A stretch of DNA of 63,187 nucleotides, filler included, from Choristocarpus tenellus KU-1152 (taxonomy: Eukaryota > Protista > Phaeophyceae): NCBI GenBank assembly GCA_964200185.2. It is 11 parts of 11 records of this genome, joined end to end, with 100 filler letters (N's around TTAATTAATTAA, not from the genome) between each part and the next. Parts side by side here need not be neighbours in the genome. Positions count along the whole stretch, not along the records: positions 10,785 to 17,249 come from CAXNAD020008083.1; positions 17,350 to 23,730 come from CAXNAD020008263.1; positions 23,831 to 30,103 come from CAXNAD020008512.1; 8 more parts are not named here. One strand, 5' to 3'. The translations under genes were made by a program, and so were the position numbers. The notes beneath the pieces are model-generated. The model was given only the letters and a program-made list of their open reading frames with translations, did not search any database and was not told the origin of the DNA. How positions within the stretch are numbered: the stretch's first letter is position 1; the number at the start of each line of letters is the position of its first letter. Positions 11,551-24,000 of this stretch are shown piece by piece.

Positions 11551-14500
11551 GTTGCGGCCCTGCACAACCTGGCCAAAGAGATGGCACGTGCAAATGTGGT
11601 GACCTACTCTGCAGCCCTCTCATCCTGTGCCAGACATGCCAAGTGGGAAGAGGCCCTGGGTCTGCTGAAGGAAATGAAGGAGGAGGTGAGCCAGGAGGGG
11701 GGGGGAGGGTTGTTTAATTTTTATTTTTCCGCCTGTTGTGTTCCAACCATGGATCAATGGAATATATTTTTTTAAATGACACCCTCAAACAAAAAAAGGC
11801 GGTAGGATGATAATAAGCGTGTGGGCCCTGAGTCTGCCTCTGTGAGTCCAAGTGGGAGTTGCCAAAACACAGCGTTAAATGTTTTGGACGAATGCCTTCG
11901 GCGTATTTATTTTTTTGTGTGTTTATTTATTATACTTATTATACTGTTCAGTACGGAACGGAAATATTTATTTTTATTTGGGGGGGGTTTGCGGTACGTG
12001 TTTGAATATATGTCAGGAAATTTCCTCCCCTCCCAAAAAAAAACAAAAAAACATACATATATATTTGTGGAAGGGTATGAAAATTGTAGGTGAGGTTGGG
12101 CAGAGGTGTACAAAATGGTGAAAATAATAAAAAGGATGTTGATATTAACTGTTGATATTAACTACTACTCCTACTGTGGTCAGGTTTTTGTACATAGTTC
12201 TATACTCGGTTGACCTCTAAAAAAAAACATATCTAGATATAGTAGCACAATGTGAGATGCTCTGGAGTACTTGATAACGTGCCATTTAAATAGTAGCACA
12301 ATCATGAGATAACACAGTTGTAGGACCTGAGAAACTCGGTAGAAGGACAGACAGACAACAACTTAATTCAGTATGAGATTACAAGATTACACAGTTGGAT
12401 GATGACCTGGTATGGCATAGCAGAATAGCAAATAATAACACAGCTCGATGTGAAGTAACACAACATCTTGTATGTAAGGGTGAAAGAATCTTAGAGGGTA
12501 TGTATATTAATCTTTTTCCCTGTTTGCCTATTCGGGGCTTGGCTTCCCACGGGTTTTTATAATATTTTCCTACTCCAAAATGTTTATAAATTAAAAAAAA
12601 AGGTGTATCTGGAACAAAGATATTGACATCTCCTAACAAACACGATAGTAGCCAAAATTACATCAAAATCGCAACATTGGTGGATTTTGGCCCCCCAAAT
12701 GGACACAGCTCTACCCTCTGGGATGCTTTGACTGTAGTTAACACACTGCTAAGTTTATGTAATGCAAGACCCGAACCATTGTTCCGTTATTTTGTTATAT
12801 TATTTTCCCACTCTGTCGCCGCATCCCCTCAGGGGATAGATCCGAATGACTACAGCTACAGTGCCGCTATGTGGGCATGTGTCAACGCAAAGCAGCCAAA
12901 GAGGTGCGGAGCTTAAGAGGGGAGGGGGGGAGGGGGGGGGGGGACTATTTTTAAAATCGTCCTGTTTTGAAATTGGTATCTCTGTTGTGGACGTTCGTCC
13001 AATTTATTTTTTATATTTTTTTGTTTTTTTATTTCATTATATAATAATTAATGTTTACACCTCTGTCCCTTAGAGTCTGTATTGTTACGGGGGGGATCTT
13101 TTTCGAATGTGAGATTCAGAAATATAAAGCATGTTGAAGATATTTGTGTGCAAGCCGAAGCTGTTGGCTTTCGAACAATATTTATTTTTCGTTTCTGATT
13201 CTCAGAACAATATTATTTCTCACATTCGAAATTGTTTGAAATGGTTATTCACCAAATACCTTTGTCAATACAGACTTCTGGGATATAGGAGTATATATAT
13301 TGTATGTTGTATTTTGTGTGTATCTATGGAGAGAGATGGGTTTCGGGGTTTGTACACCTCCCTAGTTCTTGTGTGGCCGTTCTGAACCCATCATATCTGT
13401 TTACATCAATAATATCAATACTGACAGTGATATTTGATAGCAGTAACGGAATGTACTAGAGAAAGTGAGTGAAAATATCTTAGAGGGTACAAGTTTCACC
13501 CTGTTAGTCCGTTTGGGGCTTCGCTTCTCACGGGTTTTTTGTGACATTTTTCTACTCCAAATGTTTCAGAATAGGAGAATGTATACGTTATGAAAAGGTG
13601 TGTCCGGAACAAGGATATACACACTTCCTAACGAACACGATACCTAAATTACATCAAAATCGCAACATTGGATTTTTGCCCCCAAATGGACGCGGCTCTA
13701 CCCTCTAAGATACTTTGGCTCAGTATTAAATGATCTTAAATGATACACGTGTGATCTCCTTACCCTCAGTGTGTGTGTTTGTGTGTGTGTGTTTTTTTTT
13801 AGTTCTGCCTTTTAAAAGAAAAAAAAACTTTTCTGAAGTATGTATACATAAATACATACATACACATATATACACATGCAGACGCGCTCATACTCCCATA
13901 AACCCCAATGTGAAACAAGGGCATTGGCCCTGTTCTTGTCTGTGAAGGACCTGCCCAGGGCTGGGGGTGGGGGTGAGGGAACCACACTGAGTCCAGAGTG
14001 TTACTATGTTGGGATCACAGCTTGCGATAGACTAGGTGACTTCAACCTCGCCCAAGCCCTCCTGAGGCACATGAGGAGCAAGGTAAGAGGTACATTTATT
14101 TATTTTTTTATAACTGTTCACCTCTAAACTAAGGAAAAAAAAAAGTAAAACGTTTTGTTTTTTTTCAGTCAAAAGAAACGTGATAGGGGGGAGACGTTGC
14201 CTCTTTGGTTTTGTCAGCCTACTCTACTCTGACTCTGACTCTTACTCTGAGTCTGAATTTTCTGGTGAAAGGCGTTATTGTAGTATTGCTGTAGTCTGCA
14301 GGCGTGTAAGTGTGTTTTGGTCTCTATTGTAGGGGCTACATTTTTTTTTTTGCATACATCTCTTTCTTAACGAAGAAGAATCGATGACGACTGAGAGACA
14401 CACAAGACACAGCATGTTTCTCTTGTCTTTCTGATTTGTGTGTGTGTGTATGTGTGTGTGTATGTGTGTGTGTGTGTGTGTGTAGATAAGGATACAGTTT

Positions 14501-15830
14501 TTATTTTTTGTTTGTCATTGACTCTACCCCTAACCCTAACCCTATCCTGTTCGAACCCTTACCGAGACGTACTTAAACGGATTCGTATCCAAGTAAATTT
14601 TTCTGGCAGAAAATTATTTTGTATGCAACAAATTCTACCCTCTGCATAAAAATATGAACTATATCCTGAGCACATTGTTGAATATCATTTAACTAATTTT
14701 CTAGAGATGATTTTTTTTTTTTTGGGGGAGGGTGGGAGCTGTTTTTCTAAAAGAGTTGAATTGATGTTAACTCATCTCTTTTGTACATTATCCGGAGTAG
14801 CTCTTGATATGAAATTAATTGTCGCAAGGGCGGATGACACTCACCTCGGATGGCACATGTCTCACCTCTCCTATTTAATTCCTGAGATACTTCCTGATTC
14901 AAACCTCCAGTAGCAATCGCCTGTGCTTCAACTTCCACCTTCTTGTTTCCTCTCCCAGCCTCCTTTGTTGATTATTGCTTTTTTTTAATCTTGATGTATC
15001 TGACTTTGTTGTGACCCCTAACCCTTTTATGGACATCGTGTAACCACCTCCACAAATTTCTTTTTTCTTTTCAAAACCGGAAACAAAATGAGATTAAACA
15101 AAAAATTCCCCATGTTGGTTCTCCTTCTCCATGCATGCTGACAGAACTCCCAACAGTTCATCCCCTAACACTAGAGGCTTTACGGTCCCCTACCTCCTTC
15201 CCCACCTTCCTCCCACCACTTTTTTTTTTTATGGTTTGTTTCTTTTTGGGGTTGTGGGGGGGGGAATAAAAATTCACACAAACAAAAAAGGGTGTGAGAG
15301 GAAGCCTGGCGGTGTACAATCTTGCTCTGAGCATGTGTGAAAGGTGAGTACAATACATTTATTTTTCATTTTATTTGTGTCAATGGACATCGGAATGTGA
15401 TGTAGAGTTAGGGTTAGGGTTAGGTTTAGGCCCGTTCCTAACAGCAACAAAAAACCGACAACAGCAATGAACATGAAAATTTTTCATATTGTCTTTTGAA
15501 AGAAGAAAAATTTCTCTTTTTTTTTTTAACTTGGATATTTTATTGCAAAATGAATGGGCTCATCTAGACGTTGGACTCATCTACACACAACTTTTGGGAC
15601 TATAGACTAGCAGGTCCTCGCCATGTTTTTGACCTGTCTGCATGAAGGTCTCACCATGTTTTTTTTGTAAGGTATCCGAAATTAGTTGGGGTAATATTTC
15701 AATGACAATACTATGGAAAAGTAAATATCTGTTTCCATTACATTTCTAATCTTTTTGTAATTTTGCAGAAACAAATTCAGAAATTTTCGGCAGGAATATA
15801 TTATCATCAGGAACAAGGCTTGGAGTCAGG
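11551..15830 (+). CDS. Pentatricopeptide repeat (PPR) protein, partial; exons 11551-11685, 12833-12903, 13920-14082, 15291-15343, possible micro-exon 15811-15830
   Basis: Phase-compatible GT-AG splicing gives ...ANVVTYSAALSSCARHAKWEEALGLLKEMKEE|GIDPNDYSYSAAMWACVNAKQPKR|ALALF...ECYYVGITACDRLGDFNLAQALLRHMRSK|GVRGSLAVYNLALSMCER|NKAWSQ. These are successive ~35-aa PPR motifs. Confidence 0.88.
12478..12734 (-). mobile_element. MITE family A copy (intronic, decayed)
   Basis: Reverse-orientation family-A sequence inside the PPR intron, with degraded termini. Confidence 0.8.
13467..13721 (-). mobile_element. MITE family A copy (intronic)
   Basis: GAGTGAAAATATCTTAGAGGG...CCCTCTAAGATACTTTGGCTC; TSD AGT/AGT. 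Confidence 0.9.
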
Positions 15831-16381
15831 GTTAGGGTTAGGGTTAGGGTTACGACTGAGGTCAAGATTGCCTGGAGGGTATTGTGTACAGATTGTATCT
15901 GTCACTAAATGGTTTGGTACTTGTCCTCTATTTGATTGACTGGGGTATTAATATTATTATTATTACTTTAGAGAGCTTGTGTGTCTATATTGCTATTATA
16001 TAGTAGTAGGGAAGAAAAGAGGAGATCTTGCCACATGTGTGGGATGCGTTTCTTGTTTCATTTTTTTTTATGAAAAAAAATGATATTGTTATTAGTGCGG
16101 GGTAGATTTCTTTTTTCTATTTTAACATTTTTTATTGGAAAAGAGGAAAATGTTGATTCGTTTTTTTATTTTTTTATGGTTCTCCTCTAAGCAGGGTGCG
16201 GATTCCCGGTAGATTTTTGTTGCTCATCGGTCGGTTTTTTGAACAAAAAAGAACAATTTTACTTTTTATTCTATGGAATAATAATAAACGTAATAAGATA
16301 GTAGTCTAGTGGTATATCCCCTTGTATTCCTGGCGCTACGGGGCACCACTTTTTCTTCTCTTTCTTTTTTTAATTTTTTTA

Positions 16382-16521
16382 GACCTAAAGTCTACACCAG
16401 AACCAGGAAAGTACACTTTCATTATCCATCCAACGTATGCAACCAATCACCCAAAAATCAAGACATGAAAAAATTAGCTGCAAATGGACAGCCGACACAG
16501 ACCCCCCAGATACATCGACCC
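16382..16521 (+). mobile_element. MITE family C copy, internally deleted
   Basis: Shares accaggaaagtacac...cattatccatccaacgtatgcaacc...cagatac with 18085-18263; TSD TTTA/TTTA. Confidence 0.7.
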
Positions 16522-17013
16522 TTTATCTTTTTATTTTTCTAAAAAAAAATGAATGTTTTGATTTTTGATTTTTGATTTTTTAATCAAAAACAGAACATTT
16601 TCCAAATTGGTATTTTTAGAACGACAGCGGAAACTTCTTGCAAGAACACATCAGGCTAACTCTTTGGTGGAACAATGTGGGGTGGTGGTGGTTATTTTGT
16701 TATTTATTTCGATATGGAAGGGAAATTTATGAGTTGAGAGAGCCGGTGCAAAGGTACAACCAACTATCTTCCGCGAAAAGAAATCAATGACAGAGGTATG
16801 AATTATTATTGAATATATACCGTCATTGGTAGGTATACATGTATATAAATATATTTATAGAGAGAGGTGTGTGTTTTGTGTGTCTTAATTGGTAGTATAC
16901 CTTGTAATGTCATACCCACAATTCAGCCGATCCCCCCAATGTATCTCCAATCCGTCCTAAAGATCTTTCTCTGTCTCTCTCTCTCTCTCTCTTTGGTTCT
17001 GTGGACTACATGG

Positions 17014-17249
17014 ATTATACATTTAATACATACATTATACATTTAATTCATACATTATACATCTAATTCATACATTATACATTTAATTCATACATTATAC
17101 ATTTAATTCATACATTATACATCTAATTCATACATTATACATTTAATTTATACATTATACATTTAATTCATACATTATACACCTAATTCATACATTATAC
17201 ATTTAATTTATACATTGTACATTTAATACATACATTATACACCTAATTC
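17014..17249. repeat. 20-bp minisatellite (tacattatacatttaattca)n, about 12 units, truncated by contig end
   Basis: Direct head-to-tail repeats with single-base variants and no spacers. Confidence 0.95.
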
Positions 17250-18084
17250 NNNNNNNNNNNNNNNNNNNNNNNNNNNNNNNNNNNNNNNNNNNNTTAATTA
17301 ATTAANNNNNNNNNNNNNNNNNNNNNNNNNNNNNNNNNNNNNNNNNNNNCCCCTCCCAGATACTTTGGGTCAAACCCTGTCAGGGTCAATGCTGTTGAGA
17401 AAGAGAGTACAGCTAGTTACAAAATGGAATTTTCTGAACTCTCTGATTCAAAGAATGCTCCAAACAGACACAAATAAATCCAAGTCCAACACGATAAGTC
17501 TACTAACCTATAGCGAGCCTTTGAAGTTCAGCAAAAACGTTTTATGGACACAGCAGATGAGGAATGTCAATTTAGCTCTTGGTCACATATATTTCACTAT
17601 TGTAATCACTTTAAGTCAGTAATGCTACTACTACTACTACTACTACTACTACTAATAAAATAATGCAAGAGCAATGGACTTGTAAAACGCGACTTCTAAA
17701 AGGTCAAAATCCGTAATGCCAGACACAACTAACAACCCGGAATCCATCATGACTACCTATTCTTATAAGTAGGACTAATGACAATTACATTGATGCAAAC
17801 ACATGACAAACTACTGCAGTAGGTATCACATCCTGTAAGACATGGCACAGAGGGATACAGGCGCAGATTGGCCCATGGTGAGCAAACATAATGCACACAT
17901 CAAGAAATGTTGTATAGAGGCACAAAATCAAGCACCAGTCATAACTAGAAGTCAGTGCTACATAAATATCATCTTTGTAAATCCAGAAAAACTCTGGCAT
18001 GCAAACTGTACATTGTGTAAGCAATGGTGACAGACTCGGAAGAATCCAGACATCATGCCATTCCAAACACTTGAAATATATTCA

Positions 18085-18263
18085 GACCCAAAGTACCAGG
18101 GGGGGTGGGTGGGGTCTACACCAGGGTGTCCATTTGGACCATGACCAGGAAAAGTGCACTTACATTATCCATCCGACGTATGCAACCAAATCACTCAAAA
18201 ATCGCGACATAATAAAATTCCCCAAAATGGACAGCCTCCACCCCCCATCAGATACTTTGAGCC
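18085..18263 (+). mobile_element. MITE family C copy (~180 bp)
   Basis: TIRs GACCCAAAGTAcc / gaTACTTTGAGCC followed by G/C runs; TSD TCA/TCA. Other copies or ends lie at 17350-17371, 30204-30320, 39813-40103, 42250-42268 and 42369-42427. Confidence 0.85.
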
Positions 18264-21200
18264 TCAGGGTACCTCAATTGTCACTCTTCTATGCTATGAA
18301 AAGCAATCAAGAACAGAGTGCCCAGACACACACTGGAGGACATTAAATCATGCCACTCAATCAGCAACTTGCAAGTAGGCAAGGGTCAATATCACAAGAA
18401 CCTCCTAACAAATACTTCCAAGATGGACGTGTAATTTATCAGCAAATCCCTCTCAGAGGTTTACCTATATATTGCATGTGCCAGTACAAACTGGTACGGC
18501 CTATCACAATCACATGTTAGGGTGATGTCAACTACTTACTATTCAATCGCGCAACCAATCAGCTATGCAAGTGTTCAATGTACTTGTACAACACACTCCC
18601 CTACTATGAACAAACAGAGTGATGAACGTCATTCCTAACAAAGCAAAGGCAATGCCAATAACTCAGATGGGAGACTCCCACATTGCAACATGTTGTGGTG
18701 GGATATAATTTTTATGATATGGCCAAAACAAAGGTGGGAAAGTCAAGATCGGATTTCACTCGACAGGGGTGATCCTCCATCATGAGCTAACCAGGTGAAC
18801 ACTTGCAAGCAAGACTCAACAAATCAATGCTATTAGGTTGGGCATATCTAGCTGTAATAGCCACTGCAGTGATCTTTCACGATAAAATTTCCTTGCTACA
18901 CTTGAGGAACAGACTCACAAATGAACGAATCCCTTCATGTGCAACCAAACAACCATCAACACTTCATAGGTGTAGACTCTACCAACACATAAATAATGCA
19001 AGTCATCCTTGTCGTCTCAATTTTAATTAGTAAAAAAACAACAACTAAATAATAGTCACCAACAGGTAGCGCAAAACTCATATCTCCGGACAAGTATCAA
19101 CCTTATCCGTTTAATGACGTATGGCATTCGGTGTGGCTCAGATCAATCAGGCAAGAGAGGGAAAGATAAATATCCCAGTGCAAAATAAATTTGTGCATAG
19201 CACAATGCATTATTTGGTCAAACAGAGATTCAACAAATTTCTCCTACTAGAATAGATCATTAGTGAATGTTTCAAAGTGCAGATGCAAAAAGTAAAGGGT
19301 TCATAAAGACTAAATTGCAATCCTTACTTGACATCAAGATCGTGTACTCCTCCAGGATGCACAAGTTCTTCCAGATTGAATAACTTGGGTATGCTCCAAT
19401 GCACCCTATAGCTGATACTGGTCACCCCAAGCCCCAATCAATGCAGCACCTCCTGAAGAGTTGCCATGCCACTTGGATTTCCATGTGTAGTCAGCATGAG
19501 GGTCGATCATACATGATACACTTGAGCTGAAATCATCCACCATGCATCCCTGGAGATTTCTTTTGTGGAACCTCTCCAGTCAAGTAGTGGGCCAGGCAGC
19601 ACATGGGAGGAGAGGGGGTTTAACCTTGACTAGGCTTAGCAATATGCCATGCAGTCCCTCCCTGGCTTAGACACGTGGAACTCCATACCTGGTGGCCAAT
19701 GATAAGCACATTGAAAGTGCTTCTTGTTCTACCTACTTCGCCCTGCAGTGGGACAGGCAATACGTGGGGGCATAGGGGGGTTAAATGAATATTAAAGCCT
19801 AGACAACATGCCACATCTTCCCCTCCCTTGATGAGGCCTGTGAAGCTTCATCCACCCAGTCTCACCAGTCTTGTGTAGGCAGCCTTTGCCGACTACCTGC
19901 CTCGTCTGGGTACCTACCCTACGAGAGTCATCAAGGTCTGCCATCACGGCAAGCACCCTGGAAGTAGCAACACCTCCACCTACCGTGGCTAGTTGCTTGA
20001 CTTCTCCTCCCGTAAGAGATGGAGGCTTACCTCAAGCACTCTTGCAGGCGAGCAGGGGGACATCGAAGTCTGCCATCACGGCAAGCACCTCGGTACGAGG
20101 AAGGCTTCTCCCTCTAATGGTTGCCGACTTGGATCCTCCTCCCTTGGGAGTTGGAGGCTTTACTCTACCCCTTTACGGGCAAGTGGGGGGTCGTGGAGGG
20201 ATAACATCCCGGCAATCACATCAGATGTAGTTGTTTTTCCTTGTCAGGTGAAGGCTTTAGCTACGACTTCTTCTGGTGGTGTCCTGCTCCCCTTAGCTAC
20301 CGCCTTAGGTAGCCCTGTCTCCTCTAACTATACCAGATATCGGTAATAGGAGTTAGAATACAAGAATTATTAGTTGGTAAACACAGATTTGTTTTTGTGT
20401 TTGAATAAATTGTTAGGAATTGATCCTATTAAGCATGGTGCTTTGAGGTTGTATGGTCGGCTCCCTGCTCGAGATGAATTACTCTCAACATGTGGCAACA
20501 TTCGTGTATTTTATCTCTTCAATCCATGCATGAGGGCGGAGATACTTCAACAAGCCACTTCGCAGTAGAGGAAAGTTGTCCTAGACGATCTTCAGCAAGG
20601 GGGATCGCCTCACTTTGACCCCTACCATGGTTTGGTATCTCCCCTCCATGCAGGGACATGATAAATGCGAGTTAGAAACCTAGGGTTCCAATACATTGTG
20701 TTGAAGCATCCCACGACTCAAGTAAAGATGGAGTGATAAACAGGTATATTGCCAAATGTTGTAGAGGAGTGATTAACGTCAAGGAGCGAGACGACTAGCA
20801 ACGTCGAAGCACCTTTTTAGCAACACAATCGTGTTAATCTATCCATTCACACCATAGAACATTTCTGGGTTTACCAACTAATAAACGTTGTATCCTGACT
20901 CTTCATATTACTAGTGATCTAATACACTTGCAGTCTATTTGAATAGAAAAACCTTCAGTAGGTATTAAGAAGGGAGCTTGACAGACATAGGGTTGCGAAT
21001 ATCTCCACGTTGTATCCCACTTGGCCACTCCAACTATCGAAGACAGGAGTGGTACTTCATTTTTTAAAATCCATATGCTTTGCTCATTTCAGGGTTAACC
21101 ACTTCAACCACCATATTGTACGTATGTGATAGAGGACCATAACGCATTTTTGGACTTTTCACAACTCGATGTGTAGTCCCTGGATATCTCCACCTTTCCT

Positions 21201-21899
21201 TTGAGGGGGTTGCCTAGTCTACACCCTTCCTAGGTCATTGTCCCTATTTTTTAATTTTAGAAAGAACGAACATCAAATTGTATACATACTTGCTTCCTAC
21301 AATATTTACATATATGACAATTTAAGACCCAAACAACGACCAAACAATAATATGCCCTAACTCAACAAAGCAACCAATAACAGTGTCTGGGACAAGTGCA
21401 CCTGCCCTAAGAGACCATTTAACCATTTCTTCAGGCTTATGCGGCAACATACAATATATATCAAGTCTGTATCACTTTAAATATTCGGAATAATGGTTAA
21501 TTACCGTCATCTTCCTCTTTCCCTTCACTGTTTGACTATACCCCCAATCACATCTTCATGCCCCAACCAGTGAAGTAGCTACACCTACACCAACACAACC
21601 TCCATTGCACCTGAACAGCTACACCTCGCTATTGAGGCGTGCTGCTAGACTGGCCGTACTCGAGAGCCGCTGGGGTAGTCTACAACCTTAGATTGAAGGT
21701 GCACAAGGTGAAGATCTTGCTGTGCAACGGACGGGTTGTGCGAGAAACCTAGGGCAACACAGGTGATCCAAGCTATTGCCCCAAGAGGAACAAGGTGTAG
21801 TGGTCTCAAGTGAACTTTGCTGTCTTGACGACCCTTAGGCCGTGAAGATCAGTATCAAGTAGCCAGGGATTGCGGATTGGTGGGTGTCTACGAGTCGTG

Positions 21900-23730
21900 A
21901 TGACAATGCCCATGAAGCCAAGCCACACCTTTGGATTGCACCCACCGCATGTCATTGACTTGCTTGGGTCAGATCAATTTCATAATCAAAGGGCCCCGAG
22001 TTTTGGTCCCCATAGCGTTCCACCCCCACACCCGGGGTTGACTTCCCAGCACTTTCGTGGACCACCTCCACCGCCTGGATGCTTCAGTGCACACCCTCGG
22101 GCCCCTCCACCACCCCCACCTAGGCCGTCGACACCACCTGGTGCACACCCTTCTCCCCGAGGGCCAATGGTCCATATTGACTTCTCAGCACATCAGATTC
22201 ATGGCCATCCCGCACACCATACTGCTGGACCAGCACCACCGTCGCACTTTTTCCATCGCGGTGGACCGAGTCCTCGTGCCGTATCTTCTCTGGGAGGCGC
22301 GATGCGCCCACTTGGGCCAGGTGGGAGACGCCGGCCAGAAAGGCTCCACATCGTCGGCTCCATGGGACTTGGGGAGTCTATCTTCATTGGTTCGCCGACG
22401 GCCCTTGGGACATCCATGTCAGGACCGGAGACAGTGTCGCGAGTGCTGATACCCAACCTTAAGATCGGGGCAGTGATTGGTAAGGGTGGGGCTATCATCA
22501 AGCACATCAGAGAGGTAAGGGTCACCCCGTTGTTCTTCTAGGGAATATTTTTCACTAGGAGCGTTGTGAAAGGAGTGATTTCAAAGTACACCAATTTTTC
22601 CGTCTTTTTGATCCTAATCTCAAGCTGATGCTAAGGTGAAGGTTGCGACGAATAGCATGTTCTAATTCAATCTTGACTTTTTGCTGCTTTGTGCTTCACA
22701 TTATCGGGACCTCGTTTGTTGCTCAGTTATGCACCCTCCACCTTGCTTTCTTCTGCTCTATTCTCTGCGAAATCCTCAACATCCCTTCTCCATTCGTCAA
22801 GTTGTATTGTAATGGATTAGCTAATGCAAGATTGTGATGTTCCGAGACTGTAGTAGGGCATTCTTCCAAACGATGGCCACGATACCAAGGCTCTTCTGAC
22901 GCACAGACTCGCTTTTTTTTTGTTGGCACAAAGGCCATTAGAGGATGACCCACAACAAGACGATGACCATAGGAAAACAACCATATACATTCAAATGATG
23001 TAAGTAACTTTCTGGCTGAGTACAGGTATCTCCCCAATGCATGTTACCACAGCATCAACTCAAGAGTACACTCCTTTAAGCCGATCAAAAAGTTGGGAAT
23101 TGAGATTCTACAAAGATGACAGACCTTTTCTTTTATAAATCTTTGGTGCATGATCTCATAGCACCACCTTCTCCACTCTGTCCTACTGGTGAAATAGGTA
23201 TCAGGTGCGAAGGTGACCATCAGTGACAGCTGCACAGGACTGCATGATGAGGCTGATGATCGCATGGTGACTGCCGCTGGCATGTTTAACTCTGTTCAGG
23301 TAGCCTTCTCCCATATACTTAGTCATGCTGGATACTTGGGGCCAGGGGCCGAGCCATTAGCTGATTTGACTGGAGATCCCGAGTGTGTCCCAAACTCTTT
23401 CCGCTTGCTGATCCCAAATATCAAGGCTGGCGGACTCATTGGACGGGGGGGTATGACCATTAAGGCCATCCGGGAGCATAGTGGAGCTCGTATTGAGATC
23501 TCTAGCCATGCCTTCCAGTTCCATCATCTCCATGGACCCCTGCCACCCCCCCCAGGACCACCTCTGTCTCCACAGCTACTCATGGACCGGGTAATGACAG
23601 TTACAGGCAGCTTTGATGCTTGCCTTCGGGCGCACCACCTAGTTGCTTCTAAGCTAATGGAAGTGCGCCCCTCCCCTCTCCCCTGCCCTGGGCCTGGCCT
23701 GGGCCCTTGCTCTGGAGGTCCGGGTCTTGG
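21900..23730 (+). CDS. KH-domain RNA-binding protein (PCBP/Nova-like), 3'-partial; exons 21900-22514 and 23198->23730
   Basis: Pro/His-rich N-terminus, then two type-I KH domains: RVLIPNLKIGAVIGKGGAIIKHIRE|VSGAKVTI...DRMVT and FRLLIPNIKAGGLIGRGGMTIKAIREHSGARIEI...DRVMTVTG. Phase-0 GT-AG intron. The start codon is uncertain. Confidence 0.92.
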
Positions 23731-23830
23731 NNNNNNNNNNNNNNNNNNNNNNNNNNNNNNNNNNNNNNNNNNNNTTAATTAATTAANNNNNNNNNNNNNN
23801 NNNNNNNNNNNNNNNNNNNNNNNNNNNNNN

Positions 23831-24000
23831 GGTGAGGTGGGAGGTGGCCTGTACCTCTGCGAAGGTGATGTCCAGTAGGAGACCTTTGTCCCTGTAGGGA
23901 GCAGTTCCAGCATCTGCTAGTGCCCCTGCGTGAAACACCAGATTCATGCGAAGATTACGGTCCACAGTGAAAGGGCTACCGTCCTCCATAGTGCAAGGGA
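23831..24000 (-). mobile_element. CRE-like non-LTR retrotransposon fragment (RLE domain)
   Basis: Encodes MEDGSPFTVDRNLRMNLVFHAGALADAGTAPYRDKGLLLDITFAEVQ, near-identical to the peptide at ~46318-46460. Confidence 0.85.

Noticed and set aside
13467-13721. MITE A as an introner (intron-generating element)
   Set aside because: Ends are GAG...CTC rather than GT...AG, and copies lie within existing introns or other repeats, never precisely splitting host exons.
17014-17249. CRISPR-like array
   Set aside because: Contiguous 20-bp units without unique spacers, no cas genes, eukaryotic context. The same applies to 55518-55760 and 57298-57454.
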